Part shown: in pieces, positions 1-12,091 of the stretch
How the letters are laid out: every line of letters starts with the position of its first letter
Position numbering within the stretch: the stretch's first letter is position 1
Assembly (NCBI GenBank): GCA_964057225.1
Contig: CAXKVF010000086.1
Coordinates: forward strand, 62,001 to 126,000
Length of the DNA stretch: 64,000 bases
DNA from: Auanema rhodensis
Taxonomy: Eukaryota; Animalia; Nematoda
Direction of reading: 5' to 3'
Position numbers and translations under genes: made by a program
The notes under the pieces: generated by a model
Seen by the model: only the letters and a program-made list of their open reading frames with translations
Told to the model about the DNA's origin: nothing
Database searches by the model: none

Positions 1-1826
1 AAGTTTACGTGAACTTTAATTTATGCTAATTAAATGTACACGTGATGTGCACTTGGTATGTAACTCGCTTCACGTGAAAGATAAAGAGATGCGGTTTTCA
101 AAATTAGATTCCCCATGTCCATATTAGTCTAAAAACAAATTTTTATTGATATTGGTTCATGGTAACCATGACTTTGAAATTTACGTGAACTTTAATTTAT
201 GCTAATTAAATGTACACGTGATGTGCACTTGGTATGTAACTCGCTTCACGTGAAAGATAAAGAGATGCGGTTTTCAAAATTAGATTCCCCATGTCCATAT
301 TAGTCTAAGAACAAATTTTTATTGATATTGGTTCATGGTAACCATGACTTTGAAATTTACGTGAACTTTAATTTATGCTAATTAAATGTACACGTGATGT
401 GCACTTGGTATGTAACTCGCTTCACGTGAAAGATAAAGAGATGCGGTTTTCAAAATTAGATTCCCCATGTCCATATTAGTCTAAAAACAAATTTTTATTG
501 ATATTGCTTCATGGTAACCATGACTTTGAAGTTACGTGAACTTTAATTTATGCTAATTAAATGTACACGTGATGTGCACTTGGTATGTAACTCGCTTCAC
601 GTGAAAGATAAAGAGATGCGGTTTTCAAAATTAGATTCCCCATGTCCATATTAGTCTAAAAACAAATTTTTATTGATATTGGTTCATGGTAACCATGACT
701 TTGAAATTTACGTGAACTTTAATTTATGCTAATTAAATGTACACGTGATGTGCACTTGGTATGTAACTCGCTTCACGTGAAAGATAAAGAGATGCGGTTT
801 TCAAAATTAGATTCCCATGTCCATATTAGTCTAAGAACAAATTTTTATTGATATTGGTCATGGTAACCATGACTTTGAAGTTTACGTGAACTTTAATTTA
901 TGCTAATTAAATGTACACGTGATGTGCACTTGGTATGTAACTCGCTTCACGTGAAAGATAAAGAGATGCGGTTTTCAAAATTAGATTCCCCATGTCCATA
1001 TTAGTCTAAAAACAAATTTTTATTGATATTGCTTCATGGTAACCATGACTTTGAAGTTACGTGAACTTTAATTTATGCTAATTAAATGTACACGTGATGT
1101 GCACTTGGTATGTAACTCGCTTCACGTGAAAGATAAAGAGATGCGGTTTTCAAAATTAGATTCCCCATGTCCATATTAGTCTAAAAACAAATTTTTATTG
1201 ATATTGGTTCATGTAACCATGACTTTGAAATTTACGTGAACTTTAATTTATGCTAATTAAATGTACACGTGATGTGCACTTGGTATGTAACTCGCTTCAC
1301 GTGAAAGATAAAGAGATGCGGTTTTCAAAATTAGATTCCCATGTCCATATTAGTCTAAGAACAAATTTTTATTGATATTGGTTCATGGTAACCATGACTT
1401 TGAAATTTACGTGAACTTTAATTTATGCTAATTAAATGTACACGTGATGTGCACTTGGTATGTAACTCGCTTCACGTGAAAGATAAAGAGATGCGGTTTC
1501 AAAATTAGATTCCCCATGTCCATATTAGTCTAAAACAAATTTTATTGATATTGCTTCATGGTAACCATGACTTTGAAGTTTACGTGAACTTTAATTTATG
1601 CTAATTAAATGTACACGTGATGTGCACTTGGTATGTAACTCGCTTCACGTGAAAGATAAAGAGATGCGGTTTTCAAAATTAGATTCCCCATGTCCATATT
1701 AGTCTAAAAACAAATTTTATTGATATTGGTTCATGGTAACCATGACTTTGAAATTTACGTGAACTTTAATTTATGCTAATTAATGTACACGTGATGTGCA
1801 CTTGGTACTGTAACTCGCTTCACGTG
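1..1826 (-). repeat. 176-bp satellite array, reverse-orientation segment (~10 monomers)
   Basis: Reverse complement of the monomer that fills the rest of the window (e.g. ...ctttaatttatgctaattaaatgtacacgtgatgtgcacttgg...). It carries many 1-bp indels, mostly in homopolymers. The strand label is relative to the majority orientation. Confidence 0.97.
1795..1826. other. Orientation switch (fold-back junction) with 7-bp TCACGTG microhomology and 25-nt spacer
   Basis: The sequence reads ...tgtacacgtga[tgtgcacttggtactgtaactcgct]tcacgtgtacattt.... The reverse monomer would continue TCACGTG-aaagat but instead continues TCACGTG-tacatt of the forward monomer. Confidence 0.93.
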
Positions 1827-4800
1827 TACATTTAATTAGCATAAATTAAAGTTCACGTAAATTTCAAAGTCATGGTTACCATGAACCAATATCAATAAAA
1901 ATTTGTTTTTAGACTAATATGGACATGGGGAATCTAATTTTGAAAACCGCATCTCTTTATCTTTCACGTGAAGCGAGTTTACATACCAAGTGCACATCAC
2001 GTGTACATTTAATTAGCATAAATTAAAGTTCACGTAAACTTCAAAGTCATGGTTACCATGAAGCAATATCAATAAAAATTTGTTTTTAGACTAATATGGA
2101 CATGGGGAATCTAATTTTGAAAACCGCATCTCTTTATCTTTCACGTGAAGCGAGTTACATACCAAGTGCACATCACGTGTACATTTAATTAGCATAAATT
2201 AAAGTTCACGTAAATTTCAAAGTCATGGTTACCATGAACCAATATCAATAAAAATTTGTTCTTAGACTAATATGGACATGGGGAATCTAATTTTGAAAAC
2301 CGCATCTCTTTATCTTTCACGTGAAGCGAGTTACATACCAAGTGCACATCACGTGTACATTTAATTAGCATAAATTAAAGTTCACGTAAATTTCAAAGTC
2401 ATGGTTACCATGAACCAATATCAATAATTTGTTTTTAGACTAATATGGACATGGGGAATCTAATTTTGAAAACCGCATCTCTTTATCTTTCACGTGAAGC
2501 GAGTTACATACCAAGTGCACATCACGTGTACATTTAATTAGCATAAATTAAAGTTCACGTAAACTTCAAAGTCATGGTTACCATGAAGCAATATCAATAA
2601 AAATTTGTTTTTAGACTAATATGGACATGGGGAATCTAATTTGAAAACCGCATCTCTTTATCTTTCACGTGAAGCGAGTTACATACCAAGTGCACATCAC
2701 GTGTACATTTAATTAGCATAAATTAAAGTTCACGTAAATTTCAAAGTCATGGTTACCATGCACCAATATCAATAAAAATTTGTTCTTAGACTAATATGGA
2801 CATGGGGAATCTAATTTTGAAAACCGCATCTCTTTATCTTTCACGTGAAGCGAGTTACATACCAAGTGCACATCACGTGTACATTTAATTAGCATAAATT
2901 AAAGTTCACGTAAATTTCAAAGTCATGGTTACCATGAACCAATATCAATAAAAATTTGTTTTTAGACTAATATGGACATGGGGAATCTAATTTTGAAAAC
3001 CGCATCTCTTTATCTTTCACGTGAAGCGAGTTACATACCAAGTGCACATCACGTGTACATTTAATTAGCATAAATTAAAGTTCACGTAAACTTCAAAGTC
3101 ATGGTTACCATGAAGCAATATCAATAAAAATTTGTTTTTAGACTAATATGGACATGGGGAATCTAATTTTGAAAACCGCATCTCTTTATCTTTCACGTGA
3201 AGCGAGTTACATACCAAGTGCACATCACGTGTACATTTAATTAGCATAAATTAAAGTTCACGTAAATTTCAAAGTCATGGTTACCATGAACCAATATCAA
3301 TAAAAATTTGTTCTTAGACTAATATGGACATGGGGAATCTAATTTTGAAAACCGCATCTCTTTATCTTTCACGTGAAGCGAGTTACATACCAAGTGCACA
3401 TCACGTGTACATTTAATTAGCATAAATTAAAGTTCACGTAAATTTCAAAGTCATGGTTACCATGAACCAATATCAATAAAAATTTGTTTTTAGACTAATA
3501 TGGACATGGGGAATCTAATTTTGAAAACCGCATCTCTTTATCTTTCACGTGAAGCGAGTTACATACCAAGTGCACATCACGTGTACAATTTAATTAGCAT
3601 AAATTAAAGTTCACGTAAACTTCAAAGTCATGGTTACCATGAAGCAATATCAATAAAAATTTGTTTTTAGACTAATATGGACATGGGGAATCTAATTTGA
3701 AAACCGCATCTCTTTATCTTTCACGTGAAGCGAGTTACATACCAAGTGCACATCACGTGTACATTTAATTAGCATAAATTAAAGTTCACGTAAATTTCAA
3801 AGTCATGGTTACCATGAACCAATATCAATAAAAATTTGTTTTCAGACTAATATGGACATGGGGAATCTAATTTTGAAAACCGCATCTCTTTATCTTTCAC
3901 GTGAAGCGAGTTACATACCAAGTGCACATCACGTGTACATTTAATTAGCATAAATTAAAGTTCACGTAAATTTCAAAGTCATGGTTACCATGAACCAATA
4001 TCAATAAAAATTTGTTTTTAGACTAATATGGACATGGGGAATCTAATTTTGAAAACCGCATCTCTTTATCTTTCACGTGAAGCGAGTTACATACCAAGTG
4101 CACATCACGTGTACATTTAATTAGCATAAATTAAAGTTCACGTAAATTTCAAAGTCATGGTTACCATGAACCAATATCAATAAAAATTTGTTTTTAGACT
4201 AATATGGACATGGGGAATCTAATTTTGAAAACCGCATCTCTTTATCTTTCACGTGAAGCGAGTTACATACCAAGTGCACATCACGTGTACATTTAATTAG
4301 CATAAATTAAAGTTCACGTAAACTTCAAAGTCATGGTTACCATGCACCAATATCAATAAAAATTTGTTTTTAGACTAATATGGACATGGGGAATCTAATT
4401 TTGAAAACCGCATCTCTTTATCTTTCACGTGAAGCGAGTTACATACCAAGTGCACATCACGTGTACATTTAATTAGCATAAATTAAAGTTCACGTAAATT
4501 TCAAAGTCATGGTTACCATGAACCAATATCAATAAAAATTTGTTTTTAGACTAATATGGACATGGGGAATCTAATTTTGAAAACCGCATCTCTTTATCTT
4601 TCACGTGAAGCGAGTTACATACCAAGTGCACATCACGTGTACATTTAATTAGCATAAATTAAAGTTCACGTAAATTTCAAAGTCATGGTTACCATGAACC
4701 AATATCAATAAAAATTTGTTTTTAGACTAATATGGACATGGGGAATCTAATTTTGAAAACCGCATCTCTTTATCTTTCACGTGAAGCGAGTTACATACCA

Positions 4801-7800
4801 AGTGCACATCACGTGTACATTTAATTAGCATAAATTAAAGTTCACGTAAATTTCAAAGTCATGGTTACCATGAAGCAATATCAATAAAAATTTGTTTTTA
4901 GACTAATATGGACATGGGGAATCTAATTTTGAAAACCGCATCTCTTTATCTTTCACGTGAAGCGAGTTACATACCAAGTGCACATCACGTGTACATTTAA
5001 TTAGCATAAATTAAAGTTCACGTAAATTTCAAAGTCATGGTTACCATGAACCAATATCAATAAAAATTTGTTTTTAGACTAATATGGACATGGGGAATCT
5101 AATTTTGAAAACCGCATCTCTTTATCTTTCACGTGAAGCGAGTTACATACCAAGTGCACATCACGTGTACATTTAATTAGCATAAATTAAAGTTCACGTA
5201 AATTTCAAAGTCATGGTTACCATGAACCAATATAAATAAAAATTTGTTTTTAGACTAATATGGACATGGGGAATCTAATTTTGAAAACCGCATCTCTTTA
5301 TCTTTCACGTGAAGCGAGTTACATACCAAGTGCACATCACGTGTACATTTAATTAGCATAAATTAAAGTTCACGTAAATTTCAAAGTCATGGTTACCATG
5401 AACCAATATCAATAAAAATTTGTTTTTAGACTAATATGGACATGGGGAATCTAATTTTGAAAACCGCATCTCTTTATCTTTCACGTGAAGCGAGTTACAT
5501 ACCAAGTGCACATCACGTGTACATTTAATTAGCATAAATTAAAGTTCACGTAAATTTCAAAGTCATGGTTACCATGAACCAATATCAATAAAAATTTGTT
5601 TTTAGACTAATATGGACATGGGGAATCTAATTTTGAAAACCGCATCTCTTTATCTTTCACGTGAAGCGAGTTACATACCAAGTGCACATCACGTGTACAT
5701 TTAATTAGCATAAATTAAAGTTCACGTAAATTTCAAAGTCATGGTTACCATGAAGCAATATCAATAAAAATTTGTTTTTAGACTAATATGGACATGGGGA
5801 ATCTAATTTTGAAAACCGCATCTCTTTATCTTTCACGTGAAGCGAGTTACATACCAAGTGCACATCACGTGTACATTTAATTAGCATAAATTAAAGTTCA
5901 CGTAAATTTCAAAGTCATGGTTACCATGAACCAATATCAATAAAAATTTGTTTTTAGACTAATATGGACATGGGGAATCTAATTTTGAAAACCGCATCTC
6001 TTTATCTTTCACGTGAAGCGAGTTACATACCAAGTGCACATCACGTGTACATTTAATTAGCATAAATTAAAGTTCACGTAAATTTCAAAGTCATGGTTAC
6101 CATGAACCAATATAAATAAAAATTTGTTTTTAGACTAATATGGACATGGGGAATCTAATTTTGAAAACCGCATCTCTTTATCTTTCACGTGAAGCGAGTT
6201 ACATACCAAGTGCACATCACGTGTACATTTAATTAGCATAAATTAAAGTTCACGTAAATTTCAAAGTCATGGTTACCATGAACCAATATCAATAAAAATT
6301 TGTTTTTAGACTAATATGGACATGGGGAATCTAATTTTGAAAACCGCATCTCTTTATCTTTCACGTGAAGCGAGTTACATACCAAGTGCACATCACGTGT
6401 ACATTTAATTAGCATAAATTAAAGTTCACGTAAATTTCAAAGTCATGGTTACCATGCACCAATATCAATAAAAATTTGTTCTTAGACTAATATGGACATG
6501 GGGAATCTAATTTTGAAAACCGCATCTCTTTATCTTTCACGTGAAGCGAGTTACATACCAAGTGCACATCACGTGTACATTTAATTAGCATAAATTAAAG
6601 TTCACGTAAATTTCAAAGTCATGGTTACCATGAACCAATATCAATAAAAATTTGTTTTTAGACTAATATGGACATGGGGAATCTAATTTTGAAAACCGCA
6701 TCTCTTTATCTTTCACGTGAAGCGAGTTACATACCAAGTGCACATCACGTGTACATTTAATTAGCATAAATTAAAGTTCACGTAAATTTCAAAGTCATGG
6801 TTACCATGAACCAATATCAATAAAAATTTGTTCTTAGACTAATATGGACATGGGGAATCTAATTTTGAAAACCGCATCTCTTTATCTTTCACGTGAAGCG
6901 AGTTACATACCAAGTGCACATCACGTGTACATTTAATTAGCATAAATTAAAGTTCACGTAAATTTCAAAGTCATGGTTACCATGAACCAATATCAATAAA
7001 AATTTGTTTTTAGACTAATATGGACATGGGGAATCTAATTTTGAAAACCGCATCTCTTTATCTTTCACGTGAAGCGAGTTACATACCAAGTGCACATCAC
7101 GTGTACATTTAATTAGCATAAATTAAAGTTCACGTAAATTTCAAAGTCATGGTTACCATGAAGCAATATCAATAAAAATTTGTTTTTAGACTAATATGGA
7201 CATGGGGAATCTAATTTTGAAAACCGCATCTCTTTATCTTTCACGTGAAGCGAGTTACATACCAAGTGCACATCACGTGTACATTTAATTAGCATAAATT
7301 AAAGTTCACGTAAATTTCAAAGTCATGGTTACCATGAACCAATATCAATAAAAATTTGTTTTTAGACTAATATGGACATGGGAAATCTAATTTTGAAAAC
7401 CGCATCTCTTTATCTTTCACGTGAAGCGAGTTACATACCAAGTGCACATCACGTGTACATTTAATTAGCATAAATTAAAGTTCACGTAAATTTCAAAGTC
7501 ATGGTTACCATGAACCAATATCAATAAAAATTTGTTCTTAGACTAATATGGACATGGGGAATCTAATTTTGAAAACCGCATCTCTTTATCTTTCACGTGA
7601 AGCGAGTTACATACCAAGTGCACATCACGTGTACATTTAATTAGCATAAATTAAAGTTCACGTAAACTTCAAAGTCATGGTTACCATGAAGCAATATCAA
7701 TAAAAATTTGTTTTTAGACTAATATGGACATGGGAAATCTAATTTTGAAAACCGCATCTCTTTATCTTTCACGTGAAGCGAGTTACATACCAAGTGCACA

Positions 7801-10800
7801 TCACGTGTACATTTAATTAGCATAAATTAAAGTTCACGTAAATTTCAAAGTCATGGTTACCATGAACCAATATCAATAAAAATTTGTTCTTAGACTAATA
7901 TGGACATGGGGAATCTAATTTTGAAAACCGCATCTCTTTATCTTTCACGTGAAGCGAGTTACATACCAAGTGCACATCACGTGTACATTTAATTAGCATA
8001 AATTAAAGTTCACGTAAATTTCAAAGTCATGGTTACCATGAACCAATATCAATAAAAATTTGTTTTTAGACTAATATGGACATGGGGAATCTAATTTTGA
8101 AAACCGCATCTCTTTATCTTTCACGTGAAGCGAGTTACATACCAAGTGCACATCACGTGTACATTTAATTAGCATAAATTAAAGTTCACGTAAACTTCAA
8201 AGTCATGGTTACCATGAAGCAATATCAATAAAAATTTGTTTTTAGACTAATATGGACATGGGGAATCTAATTTTGAAAACCGCATCTCTTTATCTTTCAC
8301 GTGAAGCGAGTTACATACCAAGTGCACATCACGTGTACATTTAATTAGCATAAATTAAAGTTCACGTAAATTTCAAAGTCATGGTTACCATGAACCAATA
8401 TCAATAAAAATTTGTTCTTAGACTAATATGGACATGGGGAATCTAATTTTGAAAACCGCATCTCTTTATCTTTCACGTGAAGCGAGTTACATACCAAGTG
8501 CACATCACGTGTACATTTAATTAGCATAAATTAAAGTTCACGTAAATTTCAAAGTCATGGTTACCATGAACCAATATCAATAAAAATTTGTTTTTAGACT
8601 AATATGGACATGGGGAATCTAATTTTGAAAACCGCATCTCTTTATCTTTCACGTGAAGCGAGTTACATACCAAGTGCACATCACGTGTACATTTAATTAG
8701 CATAAATTAAAGTTCACGTAAATTTCAAAGTCATGGTTACCATGAAGCAATATCAATAAAAATTTGTTTTTAGACTAATATGGACATGGGGAATCTAATT
8801 TTGAAAACCGCATCTCTTTATCTTTCACGTGAAGCGAGTTACATACCAAGTGCACATCACGTGTACATTTAATTAGCATAAATTAAAGTTCACGTAAATT
8901 TCAAAGTCATGGTTACCATGAACCAATATCAATAAAAATTTGTTTTTAGACTAATATGGACATGGGGAATCTAATTTTGAAAACCGCATCTCTTTATCTT
9001 TCACGTGAAGCGAGTTACATACCAAGTGCACATCACGTGTACATTTAATTAGCATAAATTAAAGTTCACGTAAACTTCAAAGTCATGGTTACCATGAAGC
9101 AATATCAATAAAAATTTGTTTTTAGACTAATATGGACATGGGGAATCTAATTTTGAAAACCGCATCTCTTTATCTTTCACGTGAAGCGAGTTACATACCA
9201 AGTGCACATCACGTGTACATTTAATTAGCATAAATTAAAGTTCACGTAAATTTCAAAGTCATGGTTACCATGAACCAATATCAATAAAAATTTGTTCTTA
9301 GACTAATATGGACATGGGGAATCTAATTTTGAAAACCGCATCTCTTTATCTTTCACGTGAAGCGAGTTACATACCAAGTGCACATCACGTGTACATTTAA
9401 TTAGCATAAATTAAAGTTCACGTAAATTTCAAAGTCATGGTTACCATGAACCAATATCAATAAAAATTTGTTTTTAGACTAATATGGACATGGGGAATCT
9501 AATTTTGAAAACCGCATCTCTTTATCTTTCACGTGAAGCGAGTTACATACCAAGTGCACATCACGTGTACATTTAATTAGCATAAATTAAAGTTCACGTA
9601 AATTTCAAAGTCATGGTTACCATGCACCAATATCAATAAAAATTTGTTCTTAGACTAATATGGACATGGGGAATCTAATTTTGAAAACCGCATCTCTTTA
9701 TCTTTCACGTGAAGCGAGTTACATACCAAGTGCACATCACGTGTACATTTAATTAGCATAAATTAAAGTTCACGTAAATTTCAAAGTCATGGTTACCATG
9801 AACCAATATCAATAAAAATTTGTTTTTAGACTAATATGGACATGGGGAATCTAATTTTGAAAACCGCATCTCTTTATCTTTCACGTGAAGCGAGTTACAT
9901 ACCAAGTGCACATCACGTGTACATTTAATTAGCATAAATTAAAGTTCACGTAAACTTCAAAGTCATGGTTACCATGAAGCAATATCAATAAAAATTTGTT
10001 TTTAGACTAATATGGACATGGGGAATCTAATTTTGAAAACCGCATCTCTTTATCTTTCACGTGAAGCGAGTTACATACCAAGTGCACATCACGTGTACAT
10101 TTAATTAGCATAAATTAAAGTACACGTAAATTTCAAAGTCATGGTTACCATGCACCAATATCAATAAAAATTTGTTCTTAGACTAATATGGACATGGGGA
10201 ATCTAATTTTGAAAACCGCATCTCTTTATCTTTCACGTGAAGCGAGTTACATACCAAGTGCACATCACGTGTACATTTAATTAGCATAAATTAAAGTTCA
10301 CGTAAATTTCAAAGTCATGGTTACCATGAACCAATATCAATAAAAATTTGTTTTTAGACTAATATGGACATGGGGAATCTAATTTTGAAAACCGCATCTC
10401 TTTATCTTTCACGTGAAGCGAGTTACATACCAAGTGCACATCACGTGTACATTTAATTAGCATAAATTAAAGTTCACGTAAATTTCAAAGTCATGGTTAC
10501 CATGAAGCAATATCAATAAAAATTTGTTTTTAGACTAATATGGACATGGGGAATCTAATTTTGAAAACCGCATCTCTTTATCTTTCACGTGAAGCGAGTT
10601 ACATACCAAGTGCACATCACGTGTACATTTAATTAGCATAAATTAAAGTTCACGTAAATTTCAAAGTCATGGTTACCATGAACCAATATCAATAAAAATT
10701 TGTTTTTAGACTAATATGGACATGGGGAATCTAATTTTGAAAACCGCATCTCTTTATCTTTCACGTGAAGCGAGTTACATACCAAGTGCACATCACGTGT

Positions 10801-12091
10801 ACATTTAATTAGCATAAATTAAAGTTCACGTAAATTTCAAAGTCATGGTTACCATGAACCAATATCAATAAAAATTTGTTTTTAGACTAATATGGACATG
10901 GGGAATCTAATTTTGAAAACCGCATCTCTTTATCTTTCACGTGAAGCGAGTTACATACCAAGTGCACATCACGTGTACATTTAATTAGCATAAATTAAAG
11001 TTCACGTAAATTTCAAAGTCATGGTTACCATGAACCAATATCAATAAAAATTTGTTCTTAGACTAATATGGACATGGGGAATCTAATTTTGAAAACCGCA
11101 TCTCTTTATCTTTCACGTGAAGCGAGTTACATACCAAGTGCACATCACGTGTACATTTAATTAGCATAAATTAAAGTTCACGTAAATTTCAAAGTCATGG
11201 TTACCATGAACCAATATCAATAAAAATTTGTTTTTAGACTAATATGGACATGGGGAATCTAATTTTGAAAACCGCATCTCTTTATCTTTCACGTGAAGCG
11301 AGTTACATACCAAGTGCACATCACGTGTACATTTAATTAGCATAAATTAAAGTTCACGTAAATTTCAAAGTCATGGTTACCATGAACCAATATCAATAAA
11401 AATTTGTTTTTAGACTAATATGGACATGGGGAATCTAATTTTGAAAACCGCATCTCTTTATCTTTCACGTGAAGCGAGTTACATACCAAGTGCACATCAC
11501 GTGTACATTTAATTAGCATAAATTAAAGTTCACGTAAATTTCAAAGTCATGGTTACCATGAACCAATATCAATAAAAATTTGTTTTTAGACTAATATGGA
11601 CATGGGGAATCTAATTTTGAAAACCGCATCTCTTTATCTTTCACGTGAAGCGAGTGACATACCAAGTGCACATCACGTGTACATTTAATTAGCATAAATT
11701 AAAGTTCACGTAAATTTCAAAGTCATGGTTACCATGCACCAATATCAATAAAAATTTGTTCTTAGACTAATATGGACATGGGGAATCTAATTTTGAAAAC
11801 CGCATCTCTTTATCTTTCACGTGAAGCGAGTTACATACCAAGTGCACATCACGTGTACATTTAATTAGCATAAATTAAAGTTCACGTAAATTTCAAAGTC
11901 ATGGTTACCATGAACCAATATCAATAAAAATTTGTTTTTAGACTAATATGGACATGGGGAATCTAATTTTGAAAACCGCATCTCTTTATCTTTCACGTGA
12001 AGCGAGTTACATACCAAGTGCACATCACGTGTACATTTAATTAGCATAAATTAAAGTTCACGTAAACTTCAAAGTCATGGTTACCATGAAG

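Noticed and set aside
4106-4281. Identity with known 176-bp satellites (Brassica CentBr, honeybee AluI) or with 5S rDNA/tRNA arrays
   Set aside because: Only the length matches. The consensus lacks AAGCTT and AGCT sites, and I recognise no similarity to those families or to 5S/tRNA. A BLAST/Dfam/Repbase search is needed for assignment.
4104-4281. Budding-yeast point centromere (CDEI match ATCACGTG followed by AT-rich DNA and a CCG)
   Set aside because: The downstream DNA is far less AT-rich than CDEII, there is no proper CDEIII consensus, and point centromeres are not tandemly arrayed.
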